Shown one piece after another: positions 1 to 15,563 of a stretch of DNA of 64,000 bases. Location of the stretch: assembly GCA_964016885.1 (NCBI GenBank), contig OZ024740.1, positions 356,438,001 through 356,502,000 of the forward strand. Direction: 5' to 3'. The first letter of the stretch is position 1. Every line of letters begins with the position of its first letter. The translations under genes were made by a program, and so were the position numbers. Under the pieces are notes generated by a model. That model did no database searches. It worked only from the letters and a program-made list of their open reading frames with translations, and was not told where the DNA came from. The stretch is from Eledone cirrhosa (Eukaryota).

Positions 1-109
1 GTTATTTTACTGCTACGAGTACTGCAAACAAATTGTGTTCGGAGAACATATGGTCAAATGTGTATATATTTACATTAGTATGAAAGACATGATTTTATCT
101 TCTAAATAA

Positions 110-211
<102 letters not shown>

Positions 212-474
212 GATAAAATTTTTAGAAGATAAAATATTTACAAGATAAAATATATATATATATATATATAAATATAATTGGTGTTGGATGCTTAAAGCGT
301 CCGTATACGGTAGGCCGTCTGATTCGTAGAATCAAGACGTATGTGAGGACCTTGCGATTTTCAGAGTCAGGTTCGATCATCACATCGATCGTGCCTCGAG
401 CTGGCCGCCAGAGAAACGATTGTAATATGTCCAATAAATTCCATTCGTCGCAACACTGATTCTCTTTCTTTCTA

Positions 475-505
<31 letters not shown>

Positions 506-552
506 CTAATCCAAACCAAACAGTGAGTGTGTTTTATTATTATTTCTGGCAA

Positions 553-771
553 AAGGATGGTTGATTGGCTGTATCGGTAGTGAGTCGGACACCATGCTTT
601 GCAGCATAGAGTTACGGCCCTTTACGGTCTGAGTTCAAATCCCGCCGAGGTTGTCTTTGCCTTTCATCCTTACGAGGTCGATAAAATAAAGTACCAATCA
701 CGCACTGGGGTCGATTTAATCGACTTTCCTCTACCCCAGGATTGCTGGCCTTGTGCCTATATTAGAAGCCC
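553..771 (+). mobile_element. tRNA-derived SINE with 16-bp TSD
   Basis: A-box-like TGGCTGTATCGG, B-box GAGTTCAAATCC, conserved body CTTTGCCTTTCATCCTTACG(A/G)GGTCGATAAAATAAAGTACC; TSD TTATTATTTCTGGCAA at 537-552 and 772-787. Confidence 0.9.
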
Positions 772-843
772 TTATTATTTCTGGCAATATTATAACGATA
801 TCATCCTCCCCAAATATATATATATATCACTGTTGTAACTAAT

Positions 844-953
<110 letters not shown>

Positions 954-973
954 TAAATATATATATATATATA

Positions 974-1364
974 TTGGTAAACGGAATAGAAAATGCTGAC
1001 AAATTGTTCACAGTTGAAAAATGGTTTAATTAGGAATAAAAGAGTATTAGTAATTGTATGGATTAGTATTCAGTTGTGGTTTTAATTTTTTTAAAGTTTT
1101 TACCGGTTGCGCATTTCTAGATGCTTTTCAAAAATAATTTTGAGATAGAGCGTCCGTGATGTTTGCTCTGATCTGAGCAAAAATCAGAGCAAACATCACG
1201 GACGCTCTATCTCAAAATTATTTTTGAAAAGCATTAGAAATGCGCAACCGGTAAAACTTAAAACCAAAACTGAATACTAACCAATACTATTACTAATTCT
1301 CACTTATTCCTAATTAAACTATTTTTCACTGTGAACAATTTGTCAGCATTTTCTATTCCGTTTA

Positions 1365-1368
<4 letters not shown>
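974..1368. repeat. Fold-back inverted repeat (about 190-200 bp arms) between (TA)n tracts
   Basis: 974-1172 is the approximate reverse complement of 1183-1368 with small indels. A longer single-arm copy lies at 2512-2880. Confidence 0.9.
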
Positions 1369-1412
<44 letters not shown>

Positions 1413-1627
1413 AATATACACGCATATATATGTATATATATGCGTGTATATAGGTGTGTGTGTGTATGGTCGAATCGTAGGTTGGAATCGTCGGGGTGAC
1501 GTATTGACACACGGTGACTTTGGAGCATTTTAAAACATGATAGAGCCCATCTCCTTTTTAGGAGGGGAGGTAGTATTAGAAAGAAAATGAGAAAGATATA
1601 TAGAGCAATAACACGCACACACACACA

Positions 1628-1779
<152 letters not shown>

Positions 1780-2320
1780 GCATATATATATATTTATGTT
1801 TGCATGTGCGTGTGAGCCGGCGTATGTAGGTGCCTTCGGACGATGACACGTATAAACCAGTAAACACGAGGGACAAAGTTAATTGAACCTAACATCACCT
1901 ATTTCAAATATATTCCTCTCTGAAATGTATTTATGTAAAATTGTTCCAGTGGAGAAAATGTATCGTGTAAACTCTCTCCTTTCGTTTGAAACTGTAATTT
2001 CAACTTTCTAAAACTATTAGAATACGTTTCCCAAACTGGAATATTATGAATGCCCAAAAGATGTATATAGAATATTAGATATATTTTTTTTATATTTCCT
2101 ATTATAGGTATATCTGTAACATTATGTACATGATAGATATTATAATTTTGTTAATCTATTATAGCCAAACCCGCGACAATACAACAAAAATCGATAATAC
2201 GAAAAAACAGAAAACGTTGCACACAACATTCAGAAATATAGTGTTTGTGTGCAGAAAGCAAATATTTTTGACGTGCTCTTATATTCGTACATATATGCAT
2301 TCTTTTAAGCATCCATCCAT

Positions 2321-2397
<77 letters not shown>

Positions 2398-2456
2398 TAT
2401 GTATATACGTATATACGTATATATATATGTGTATATATATATATATATATATACTC

Positions 2457-2511
<55 letters not shown>

Positions 2512-2515
<4 letters not shown>

Positions 2516-2880
2516 TAAACGGAATAGAAAATGCTGACAAATTGTTCACAGTTGAAAAATGGTTTAATTACGAATAAAAGAGTATTAGTAATTGTATGGG
2601 TTAGTATTCAGTTGTGGTTTTTAAGTTTTTAAGTTTTTACCGGTTGCGCATTTCTAAATGCTTTTCAAAAATAATTTTGAGATAGAGTGTCCGTGCTGTT
2701 TGCTCTGATCTGATTAGTTTTGGGAATTCTACCTGTTTTTATGTTAAAGAAGTGGCTCCAGCGTTACTTTGGTGTTGCAAAAATTCTTGTGGTCAAAACA
2801 ATTTTGATTAGTCGGTAGAGGTCATGTGAATGTAAAAAATTGATTTTGCGCCAAGATTGAGAAATGACTCTTTCACAACA
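2512..2880. repeat. Second copy of the 974-1368 repeat family, abutting (TA)n
   Basis: TTGGTAAACGGAATAGAAAATGCTGAC... nearly identical to 974-1172, then continues into unique sequence. Confidence 0.85.
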
Positions 2881-2953
2881 AATATGTGTGTGTGTGTGTA
2901 GTAGTAGTAGTAAGGTGTTCGATGTTGTGATAATGGTTAGCAGGGATAAGTGT

Positions 2954-2994
<41 letters not shown>

Positions 2995-3444
2995 TGTGTG
3001 TGTGTGTAGCAGAGTAATTCGTGGTAGCAGGGATGGTCAGTAAGAATGTGTCTGAAAGGGGTATTTTAGCATGTCAAAAGATATTTTTCAGCTTTTGTCT
3101 TATACGGAGAAGTGCGTGTGTGTGTATAAGTCTCTTTGTATGTTAATGTACGCGTGTGTATGTGTGTGTGTATATATGTGTGTGTGTGTGTGTGTGTGGG
3201 TGGGTGGACCAGTATTTTTTCCCCCTGGTAAAATGGTGTACATTATTCGATTTTTTCAGTAAAATCGGTTCTCTTATTAGAACATCAAAAATCTTAACAA
3301 TAAAAGGTGTGAAATGATATTCACTATATATACATACACATACATATATTCACTACATATATACACATATATACATACATATATACACATATATATATAT
3401 ATACATATATATATATATTTTTTTTTTGTGTTGCACCATAGAGC

Positions 3445-3478
<34 letters not shown>

Positions 3479-3479
3479 G

Positions 3480-3537
<58 letters not shown>

Positions 3538-3607
3538 CATATATATTCGGATCTAGCTGTCGAAACGGCCGGAGCTCAGCCGTCGATGTCCTGATTCTCT
3601 CTCTCTC

Positions 3608-3680
<73 letters not shown>

Positions 3681-4323
3681 ATATATATATATATATATAT
3701 ACATATATGCCCATAGTTTATTAATGTGGACATAGTAGTCTGTTAATCTGGATCAACTATAATAAATTATTAATCCCTACTATGATAGTGTCTGTAGATT
3801 GAAATTTCATCTCACTATGTTTACTGAACCAGTGTACAGTTTTCAGATACGTGTAACTTACACATCACTACTGCCACATGCATGGCGTTTGGAGAATTTA
3901 ACTATGGAAGGTTTGCTAGGTAAAATAACCTGTTATCAAAGGGACAATTATATTGTATATCACTGGAATTTCAGAATATCGCCCAAGGCTATGTATGTAC
4001 TGTGAATTATTGAATTAATCCACGGTGAAACTGCATAGATCATAATGCGAATTACATTGAGCAATTTAGAGGAGTTTAGTTTTTATTCATTATAAATAAC
4101 TATAAGCTATTTATCTCGCGATGGACGATATATACATATATTTTATTTGAGGAAGATCTGAGGTCTTACAAGATTAAATTTTATTAAGATCCTTCGCAAT
4201 TTTTCTGCTCGCAGTTTGATGTTAAAATTGTATGATTATGAAAAATGATACTACTTATATTTCAAATTATCCGAAATTATGGTATCGGGCATTATAAACC
4301 GTTACATAGGAACGCAGTATATA

Positions 4324-4382
<59 letters not shown>

Positions 4383-4387
<5 letters not shown>

Positions 4388-4660
4388 GGAGGTGAGTTTT
4401 ATTGTAGTACAATAAAGCAATGCAGATATCGGATAAGAAGCACTCTACAGTTTGTAGGACTGGAGTATACATAATATATAAGATCAAAAGATGGTTGATT
4501 TAAAACTGCACTATCCACAAGTGTTTTTAACCTTCATATCATGTCCTCCTATTTTATCTGATGAAAACACAAATGTTATTGCATGATGATATTTGTTTTT
4601 GAAATGCGCATAATAAAATACATGGAACTCATTTAACCATCTTTTGATCTTATATATTAT
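4383..4660. mobile_element. Family-A hammerhead-bearing (Penelope pLTR-like) fragment: inverted tail plus forward segment
   Basis: 4383-4495 is the reverse complement of about 15258-15370; 4494-4660 matches 15117-15281 and 33715-33873; flanked by (TA)n. Confidence 0.75.
4550..4620 (+). ncRNA. Type I hammerhead ribozyme (family A)
   Basis: Stem I TATTTTAT/ATAAAATA; CTGATGA 4558-4564; stem II CAAATGTTATT-GCAT-GATGATATTTG; GAAA 4601-4604; palindromic stem III TGCGCA; AUA cleavage triplet. Confidence 0.85.
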
Positions 4661-4787
4661 ATATATATACATACAAAATGCTTGGGATAAATTTAATAGA
4701 GTCTAATTCTTTAATTGGTTTTTCGATATCCTCTTGTATCTGGGAAATTGTACGGCATTGTGAAACTTAATCTCTTCAATTTTAAAG

Positions 4788-5612
4788 ATGTCAAAATTAA
4801 CTGAATTAGACAAGTGGAAACCACCTGAATATTGGAAAATGGTAACCTGGATCATAATGATTCGTGCCGGGCATCAAAATTCCGACATCACGACAGCTGC
4901 TCAATGCTCTTTGAACACTGTGAAAGCAATAAGACGTCAAATGGAGAACTGCAACGGGGTCTACGAGGACATGGCTAGTTGGAAGGAACACAGCAGATGT
5001 TCTGATTGCCTCCGTACACCAGAATTTATCCAACCACTGCAGGAGAAAATCATGGAACACTCAGGCAAGAGAATTTGAGCTTTAGCGCGAGAAGTGTTGC
5101 AGCTTCCACCATGAAGTTGGCCTTGAATGTGAACCTTCGATACCACTCATGCAAGAGGCTCAAGAAAACCATCTGACAAAACAAAGAAACTCCTGATCAA
5201 AGTGAAACATCCTGTTGAACCAGGGATAATCTGGATCTTCTCTGATAAAAGGAAGTTTATCAGGATCAGGTGCACAACATCCAGAACTACAGATTCCTTG
5301 CCTACAATCCCTATGACGTTCCTCATGTCAGGAAGTTTCACCAAACTGTAATAGTGTTTAGATAAGTATCCAGTGAGGTTGATGATATGCCACCTCACAT
5401 CTTTCAAGAGGGTCTCAGGCTCAATTTGGCTAGCTATGTGTAGTTGCTGGTTACCGAGGTTAAGCCTTGTTTGGAGAGGGTGGCTTCTGGAAGATTATAT
5501 ATATAGCAGCAAGTTCCAGCTCCCTGCCACACCTCTGGTAGACACATAAATGGTTTTCAGAAAATTCTTACGACTTCACTAGCCCCAACCTTTGGTCCCC
5601 TAACTCTCCTCA
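4788..5612 (+). pseudogene. Decayed Tc1/mariner-superfamily (maT-like) transposase
   Basis: N-terminal HTH-like ORF 4788-5078, then broken frames with WIFSD, QQ-x-PAPCH and W-S-P-N-S-P-like DDD/E motifs; stops and frameshifts. Confidence 0.7.
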
Positions 5613-5638
5613 TTGCAGAGGGGATGGCTGGATATATA

Positions 5639-5780
<142 letters not shown>

Positions 5781-6911
5781 AATACCTATTTTCAAATACC
5801 TTCTTCAAGTCCCTATAACAAATTTTCTCTCTTCTCCTCACACTCAATGATCTGCAACAAAACCGCAAATGACCAAAAATATTCAACTGAACACTAACAA
5901 CAAAAACGTTACTCTCTAAAAGAAAATTCAACTAAACAAACAAATATATAGATTTTCCCGCACTGTCGATTATTTTTCTCAACATTTCTTAACGCTGGAC
6001 TAATTGAAGAATGATAAATAAACAAATCGAAATTCTTTCACTAGATCTTGCCCACCACTTCTATTAATATTGTACTACTTCTGATAGTAACTTGTCAACT
6101 TAATATAAAATCTCCCACTACAAATCAATCGGTTATCAGATATACATACACAAACATAAACACACACATACACATATGGTAAACTACCACAAACAGATTT
6201 CCCATCTATCCTTCTACCAACAAAAACCTAAACTGGCATAACGGTTTTTAGAAATGCCTGATCCCACAATAAGACGCAAACAGATGAAGGGATCAAGCTG
6301 AAACCTCGAAATCTCTTTCATTCTGTTACTCTGAAAATTCAATTTACACTCTACTTACACGCACTGCGTGTTCTTTCAGATATTTTACGTATTGTGATAT
6401 TTTAAACATGTATATATGAATGAATGTGTGTACCACTGATTTTATGTACATATTAATCGTGTGAAAGACACGTAGTATCTTATGTTTCATTATGTAAATC
6501 TTTATATTTAATAATCTCCCGTTGGGTTGAGGTGCAATTGGGCGATATTGGGCTGCGCTTTCTAGCAACCAGCCTACCCGCTGTAAGCAACTAATCACAT
6601 TCTTTCTAACTTGACCACTGCCACGTCACGATTCTTAGCCATTTTCGAATCTATTTTTGGCGCGATCGCTTTGGAAAATTAACTGTCCAACTGAGTTTGT
6701 CTCCCGAAGAGTCTGTTACTCTAGATTCATCCTAAAAATAGGATATCTAAAAATACGGGCGAAACCATGGTAGAGATGTACTTACGGTATGTACACGTTT
6801 CTTCTAAGTTTAAATTTACACCTAATTGTGTATGATTGACGGTATATTTAGTCAGTTTCTACATGCTGTTGAAATGTTGGGTAAATACTCTATTGCGGTC
6901 ACCGCGAAGAT

Positions 6912-7661
<750 letters not shown>

Positions 7662-8479
7662 CATACATATATTTATATATAAGAAATGCATTTCGGAAAT
7701 GTAATTGCATTCTATTAAATCGAAATTGACATGCAGTATTGTTCTATTCTTACTTGCATAACATTATTTGTATAGTTAAGTTAATATACACGCTTGAATA
7801 TCACACTAAACTGGTTTCAACGGTTTCCTTATCGTGAAATCTTGTTGCAGATTCAATCTTAGTTGCATTAATATTTTTAATAAGCGAACAGTTTCCTGAA
7901 TGTGCTAAACTGAATATCAAATTTGATGGAAATTTGAAATAAAGATAATGCTCACGTTCAGTTCCTCCCTTGATATATGTTATCTTAAATGTCAATTATG
8001 TTGGATAGGACATACAAACAAACTGAATGCTGATGGAAAGACAATTTTCAGGATATCCTCGAGCAGACTCAATCCAAATCAACGCTCTCTGGATAGTTGC
8101 AAATGCTAGAATTAAAGTAGCTAAAAAATCTGTCCATCAACAATTTATACCACAAATCCAGTCCCATGGAGCAACATGGCTATAATGTGCATACCATAAC
8201 CTATTCAATCATCAGGGTATACTGCATAAGTATTACCGTATCAGTATCACAAGATGCCTTCTGTAGATTATTTTTGGATACGATTTTCAGAATTATATTC
8301 TCATAGACTCCATAATTATATCCTTGAAGTTGAATTTTGAATCATTTTCGGCAATGAAATACATTTCAAGAGTTGCCTTTTCTGTGAAATGCAGTATATC
8401 ATCAAATGGTAAGATCACTCACACTTACCTGAACGACGACAGAAACGGACTAAGTTATATTTCTCAACTGAAACCTTAG

Positions 8480-8848
8480 CGCAGTGGTTTGGCAATCTCA
8501 ATAAAGCATCAGACACCATGTTCTTTGTGGTATATCGTTACGGTTCTTTTATAGTCTGAGTTCAAATCCCGCCGAGGTTAGTTTTTACTTTAATCCATAC
8601 GGGGTCGATCAAATACAGTACCAGCAACGCATTGGAGTTAGTCAATTTGATAGACTTTCCCTCCTCTTAAAATTGTTGGCCTTGTGCCTAAATCAGAAAC
8701 CATTATTTTAGGATGGCTTAATGGCAGTATCGTTAGAGGGTTGGACAAAGTGCTTTGTTTTTACATCTATTTACGTTCTGAATTTAATTTCTAGCCGAGG
8801 TTAGCTTAGTCTTTCATTCGTCAGGGTGTCAATAATATAAAGTACAAG
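8480..8848 (+). mobile_element. Two adjacent degraded SINE copies
   Basis: GAGTTCAAATCCCGCCGAGG and GGCCTTGTGCCTAAATCAGAAAC (8480-8700); a second head TGGCAGTATCGTTAGAG and body (8710-8848). Confidence 0.7.
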
Positions 8849-11737
8849 GTAGTAGTGGTGTGGGGCTTTGGCCAAAGTTGGCAATAGGTTTTGTGACCAG
8901 AAATATGGAATAAGTGAATCCAAAGCCCCTGTGTGCGGTAAAGCTATTATGCTAGTGATGTGTACTTTCCGAAGTCAGATAACACTCAAACATGAAACCG
9001 TCTTCCATAAATATGATATATCTCATTTAAGGTTTTAGCAATTACTGAAACATTGATTTAGGAAGTGTTATCAAAAGGTATATAGTCTAATTGGAATATT
9101 GCCATACACAGTATATAAAACTTGAAACATAAGGTAAAGCACAAACATTTCCTCTATATAAGTATATATACTTGCGATGATTTTTAGTTCTTTATAATTT
9201 ATAATTGCATATTTTATTCAAGAGCGGTGCACCGGCTAAATCTGTACAATTTCGGGGTTTGAATATATGTGGAAATCATAGCATACTTTTTACAGAGTCC
9301 GTCAAAGAAGTAAGAGAAGAGCACACAACTCATTTAAAGGATTCTGAATTTTGTAAGAAGGAAGCGTAAAGTTATATTAAGACCTAAGATATTGACGAAT
9401 GTTTACAGCAGAAGGGACTACGTTAAATATATCCAATGGCCGTGTGAAGGTGTTAAACTAGATGACAAAAGTCTCAGTGACACCCAATGGGCTGCTGAGT
9501 CGGACCGAATATTTTCTTTCTGAATTCAAAGTCTGTTATGACTGAATTTAACTTTCATACGACACAATTATATAATGGCTGGTATAGATTTAATCAATGT
9601 TATCTCTCTCGCGAACAGTGTTTGTCATCACTTACATTTTATGTTCTTTACAGTAAGTTTTTGCATAAATAGTTTTAAACAATTTACCAAATTTTAAACT
9701 TTTATTTTAGAAATGAACGGATCCATACTTTGTCTGCAGAATCAGTGATGAGAAAATAAAAAAATTAAAAAAAGCCAACATCCTGGTCTACACTGAATGT
9801 AAATCATGTATACATATATTTTTACAAAGATCGAATACAATTTATCGGAATTTACGAGCTTACGTATGGTACATAAAACTCACATTCTGCATATAGAACT
9901 CTATTTAAACATTTAAGGAGAAACACATGCATGATGATTCGTGTATTCAATTCATGAGTTCAATTTCTGCCGGCATGTTGTGTCCTTAAAATAGACACTT
10001 TTAAAAAATTTGATCCACTCTTCTCAGCTGGAAAAAAAGGAATTGTACTTCTAATACAAAGGACCAGCATTACTACATTGAGAATTATGTTAAAGGTACA
10101 CATGTTTGTGGAATGCTCAGTCACTTACTCGCTAATTTCATGAGAAGTACGTTCCGTTGATCAAACAATTGTAACTGACGGAGGGTCAACAGATAAAATT
10201 GAACTGCGTGTTTAAATGATGACTGCGTTCTTCTTCATGGCCCATTAAACAACAGTAATTTAGATTATTTTTCATCTAATCTCTAAATGTGTTATCATAA
10301 AATTGGGCATGCGCTATAAAATGAGAAACGCATTTTGAAAGATTTAATCCATTGTTCCGAGCCGATGGATCCTTCCATTAATACTGGAATCTTGAGCCTA
10401 ACATATTGCTATACATTAACAATGTTTACGCTACATTGATAAGTGCCGTAGAACATATTAAAATATCACGTTGAGTTAAATGTGGGAGTTATGTTTCATT
10501 CTTATTAGTAGGTCATTGTCTTCACTTCAATTCCTAATGCTTTCTAGAATTACATGACTTTCGTTCCAGCAGAGTGAAATTAGCATATATCAGTATACGC
10601 ACTATATCTAATGCTATAAATACAATTATTTATAAAATAAGGTTCCTGAATACTATCTGTTCTTCGTCGGTTGAGACCTACATCTTATTTAAAAGTACTA
10701 TTGTAAGAATTCCCTCAAGACAATGAATTAGAAGAAATTTTAAAAATTCAATTAGTGTCTCATGTGATGAACATCAATAATGCTAGGTCAAAGTAAAGTT
10801 GATCTCTGAGCAACAAGGTTAGTGTTATTTTTATCTTTGAAAATTACGTTCTCTACTTCAAAAGAACCAGTAAAAATAATTGGTACGATTTTTAAGGGGA
10901 ATAAAGTTACAAGAGTCTAAGAATTATGTTACATAAATTATTTCTTTGAGTCTCCATTAAAATGAATCTCGATATCTAAACAACGGGCTGGTTAATGTTA
11001 CCTGTCATTTTCTGGAGAGAATACGCAAATTTGATTTAGTGTATCTAGGTAAAAATCAACTTGATGAATTTTAACTTTATGGAAACGGAATCTATATTAA
11101 GTTCGCAAAGCAGCTACACAAACCAACTAAAATACTCATTAATTATACAACTCATATGATGCATACAAAGATACAGGCTCTTCCGTTTACACAATGCAAT
11201 GACAGCTACAAGATGCTGAATATCAATTCCTCAACTTAAAAATAATTGCCCCACCCTATTTATTCAGTTATGTGTTGCTGGGAGATTATATTTGGAAAAA
11301 GATAAAGAGCTTCGCGTTTCTTTACTCTTGAGAGTTGTAACCGGGTAGGAGAGATAAACGGTTTGACTGGGCAATTTAATTTTCTTAATCCACGATTTCG
11401 TTCCTAATACTAGAACATTAGAAAACAATAACATTAAATAGACAAATAAAACAAGAGATTAAGAGATTGTTTGAATAGGAAAAAATCTGTTAGAAAACTA
11501 AAATTCGTTTGCCGTGAGGTGAAGTGAATATTTCTAGCTAATCACTTCGTCGAAAAAATTGCGAAGTGGCTTGGGTTCCAGATAACATTATATAATCCAC
11601 GTTTCAAGAACATTGCATACGCTTATTTAAACGAAAACATTAGTCATAGTAACATGGGAGAAAGATATGTAGACTGTTATATTAGTAAGCGAGATTAAAC
11701 TATACTGAATATAAACGACCACCTTCTCTAAACTCTA

Positions 11738-11797
11738 TTTATTCTACTTCGAATGCCTTTATTCTACTTCGAATGCTTTTATTCTACTTGAATGCTA
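11738..11797. repeat. 20-bp tandem repeat x3
   Basis: TTTATTCTACTTCGAATGC(C/T) repeated three times. Confidence 0.8.
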
Positions 11798-12371
11798 CTC
11801 ATTTTATCCAAAACTGAGGAATGGAGACTTCTTTATACATGTTACAAATGTCAAATCTCTCTCAAATTAAACAGCATACATTTGAAAACAAAGAGTTATA
11901 TTAGTCCTAGACAGGCAATGACGAATAAGATGACGGATAGAAGAATATGAGGATTATGGCTGTAGGCGGGGCTATTTGAGAATAATAACAAGACAGAGAC
12001 AATTGCTGCAAGATTTGCGCTCATAAGGTAAACGAAATTAATTAAGTGATACTATGGTTTTGTCAATCGCTTCAGTGACACACAAAATACACTGTTCAAT
12101 GTTTAAAATACTATTTTGCAGCATATGGAAAATATCACAAATGTTGAGAGAAAAAAAAAAACATTAGATTATTTGAAAGGAAAATATTTTATGGAGAGAA
12201 AATTCGACCATGGTGAGATTTCAGCCAATCGACACGTGCCTTATTTGAAATAACAGTAATAATAATAGACTAATGATTTTTGAATGTGGCACTAAAGGCA
12301 TTTCAATGGAAGAGGAAGTAGTAACTAGAGATAAAGTAAAATATAATTAGTTATTAATATTTACGAGGTGA

Positions 12372-12730
12372 GGGTGGTGGCTTAGCAGAATTGGTAGATT
12401 GTTGAATAAACTGCAATTACGATATTTGTCCTGTTTCTTTACATTTTGAGTAGAAAGGTGAACTTTGTTTTTTATCATTTTGGGATCGATAAAATAAAGT
12501 ACTAGTCAAATAATTGTTTATACTTTAGGCACAAGGCCAGCAATTTGAAGGGGAGGGAAAGTCGATTAAATCAACCACAGTACTCACTGGTGCTTTATTT
12601 TATCGTCTCCGTAAGGATGAAAGGCAAAAATTAACCTCGGCGTGATTTGAACTCAGAACGTAAAGGGCCGCAACTCTATGTCGCAAAGCATGGTGTCTGA
12701 TGCTCTACTGATACTGCGAATCCAGTGCCT
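12372..12730. mobile_element. Two SINE copies in opposite orientation (degraded + copy 12372-12505; - copy 12524-12730)
   Basis: GATCGATAAAATAAAGTACTAG on plus; AGGCACAAGGCCAGCAAT...GGATGAAAGGCAAAA...GATTTGAACTCAG (reverse copy). Confidence 0.75.
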
Positions 12731-13493
12731 TGTACTATCGATTTAATCAACTTTTCCACACACCAAATTAATATTTATCAGATGAGGATGATGTGTGAAT
12801 ACGTTTTAGATTAGATGTTGTACGGGTCGAGTAACATGTTGCCATAAAGGATGTCCGTCCATACATGATTGCCTCTAAACGTATTCAAGGATGAGTATAA
12901 AGCTTGTCTGAAGGCTCTCAAAACTAACCTCTGTGTTTGTAGGGAAAATGACCTTTAAGAAATTGTTGTTGTTTGTTTTCTTATGAAGTGAGTAGAAAAC
13001 ATCTCAGTGACATCTCAATGAATGAACATATCTAAACTTGATGTAGGTTAAGTACAAGCGACAATTTTGGGTATGTCGCGATCGTATTAGTCCTCTTTAG
13101 CGAAATATTAATCTTTCTGTAATTTACAAACTTTTTGCTTCTTAGAAAATTGTTCAACCATCGCACTGCTCATTGTTACTATTACAGTGAACGTTATATA
13201 TTAATGGGTTTTTCTTGACACACAAGGTTCCTATAGACATAATTTGATACCTAACGGTATTATTCAATAAAATCAACTTGTCTAGCTAATAAAATGTAGC
13301 TCAACTACGTATATTACGTTTGTTAAATGCTTCTTTTAATGCAGAAATAAATGTAGTACATACTTATTGATATAAAAGAAATCGTATTGGTATGCCAGGG
13401 TAAAAAAAATCTTGCATATAAAATTGAAGACATTTAAATATGAACAAACAATAAAACTCCTCATAAAAGTTTAAATCATTCATGACTTTCATT

Positions 13494-13673
13494 AGATTGG
13501 CAGTATCGGTAGAGAGTCAGACGCCATGCTTTGACGCATTGAGTTATGGCCCTTGCCATTCTGAGTTCAAATCCCGCCGAGGTTAACTTTGCCTTTCATC
13601 CTTTCAGGGTTGATAAAATAAGGTACCAGTAATACACTGGTGTAATAGCTGACCTTGTGCCAAAAGTAGAAAC
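13494..13673 (+). mobile_element. tRNA-derived SINE
   Basis: TGGCAGTATCGGTAGAG A-box, GAGTTCAAATCC B-box, 3' end GTGCCAAAAGTAGAAAC. Confidence 0.9.
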
Positions 13674-13859
13674 AATTATTAATAACTATTATATTGACGA
13701 GGAATTGGAAGTTACATAATCCTCCATTTTATCATTATCACAGCTCGAGTTTATATTTGTATTGACAGCTACGTACCATGCTTGTTTGTGTGTGACTGTC
13801 TGTGTATATATATATATATATATAATATAAGATCAAAAGATGGTTAAAAGAGTTCCAAG

Positions 13860-13930
13860 TATTTTATTATGCGCATTTCAAAAACAAATATCATCATTAG
13901 ATGATATCTGCGTTTTCATCAGATAAAATA
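13860..13930 (-). ncRNA. Type I hammerhead ribozyme (family A)
   Basis: Reverse complement of 15174-15244 with an intact core. Confidence 0.85.
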
Positions 13931-15173
13931 GGGATACATGATATGAAGGTTAAAACCACTTGTGATTAGTGAAGTTTTAAATCAACATATGAAAAATAAT
14001 TTAAGATTGATGTGTGATATTGGGAAAAAGTGAGGGGAGGGGTTGGAAATGGTGAGAAAGAGGAGGAGATGAGAGTAGAGAATGGTGGGGGGAGGAGTAT
14101 AAGAAGGAAGGATGAGAGAGGAGTAGAGATGGGTGATAGAGAGAGAGATAGCCTGTACAACTGAGAAAAATATATATTGTCTCACAGAGAGAAGTTAAAA
14201 AGCCGTTGGAAGATAATAGATAATTTAAAAGAATTTGAAATTAAAAGTTGATGAAGAGAAAGAGGGGGGTTAAGAATAATATTAAATTAAGGTTTGGATA
14301 TTGAAGGGTTTAATAATATGTGTGAGGAAAAGAAATTGTTAATATGAATTATTAAAATAAAAATATTAATGTTATTGAGGATATACTGTGAAAAGAAGTA
14401 GAAGAGTGGATGAATTATGAATTTAGAGGAATTATTTAGTGTTTAAGTTTGTTTTTATGTAATGTAATATGTGTGCGTAATATGTGTGTAATATGTGTGC
14501 GTAATATGTAATGTAATATGTGTGCGTAAACATATATTTTGATGTTAGATTTTTTTTCTTTCTTAAACATTATTGTCTTCTTTGTTTTCTGCGCTCATTT
14601 GTAAACAAACTATTTACATATATTACGCACACATATTACATTACATAAAAACAAACTTAAAAACTAAATAATTCCTCTAAATTCATAACTCATCCACTCT
14701 TCTACTTCTTTTCACAGTATATCCTCAATAACATTAATATTTTTATTTTAATAATTCATATTAACAATTTCTTTTCCTCACACATATTATTAAACCCTTC
14801 AATATCCAAACCTTAATTTAATATTATTCTTAACCCCCCTCTTTCTCTTCATCAACTTTTAATTTCAAATTCTTTTAAATTATCTATTATCTTCCAACGG
14901 CTTTTGAACTTCTCTCTCTGAGACAATATATATTTTTCTCAGTTGTACAGGCTATCTCTCTCTCTCTATCACCCATCTCTCCTCCTCTCTCATCCTTCCT
15001 TCTTATACTCCTCCCCCACCATTCTCTACTCTCATCTCCTCCTCTTTCTCACTCTTTCCACCCCACCCCCCACTTTTTCCCAATATCACACATCAATCTT
15101 AAATTATTTTTCATATGTTGATTTAAAACTTCACTATTCACAAGTGTTTTTTAACCTTCATATCATGTATCCC

Positions 15174-15244
15174 TATTTTATCTGATGAAAACGCAGATAT
15201 CATCTCATGATGATATTTGTTTTTGAAATGCGCATAATAAAATA
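15174..15244 (+). ncRNA. Type I hammerhead ribozyme (family A)
   Basis: TATTTTAT-CTGATGA-AAACG-CAGATATCATC-TCAT-GATGATATTTG-TTTTT-GAAA-TGCGCA-TA-ATAAAATA. Confidence 0.87.
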
Positions 15245-15563
15245 CTTGGAACTCTTTTAACCATCTTTTGATCTTATATTATTTATACTCCAGTCCTACA
15301 AACTGTAGAGTGCTACTTATCCGATATTTGCATTGCTTTATTGTACTACAATAAAACTCACCTCCTACATATATATATATATATGGATGTGTATGTATGG
15401 GTGCATGTCAGTTTGTGTATATATATATATTATGTGTATACACGCGTGCACCATATATAAGTGTGTGTGTGTGTGTTTGTGTACATATAAAAATATATGC
15501 GACCACGCGTGTTTTTCTAATCAAGATAAAAATAATGAAATTTATGAACGTTTCCTAAATAAT

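Larger units (their letters stand above)
13823..15370. mobile_element. Family-A Penelope-like non-coding element with about 660-bp inverted arms
   Basis: About 13823-14485 is the reverse complement of about 14616-15281. Each arm carries a hammerhead, the right arm has a 90-bp extra tail, and both ends abut (TA)n. Confidence 0.85.

Noticed and set aside
2635-2820. Possible long hammerhead on minus (TACCGA-CTAATCA ... GAAA-TGCGCA-AC-CGGTA)
   Set aside because: The core has non-compensatory changes (G5, G8) and lacks U16.1 in all three copies; at best a dead or unrelated motif.
8420-8450. Isolated minus-strand splice donors (about 8425, 56722, 59066)
   Set aside because: No matching acceptor or open exon identified; expected by chance.
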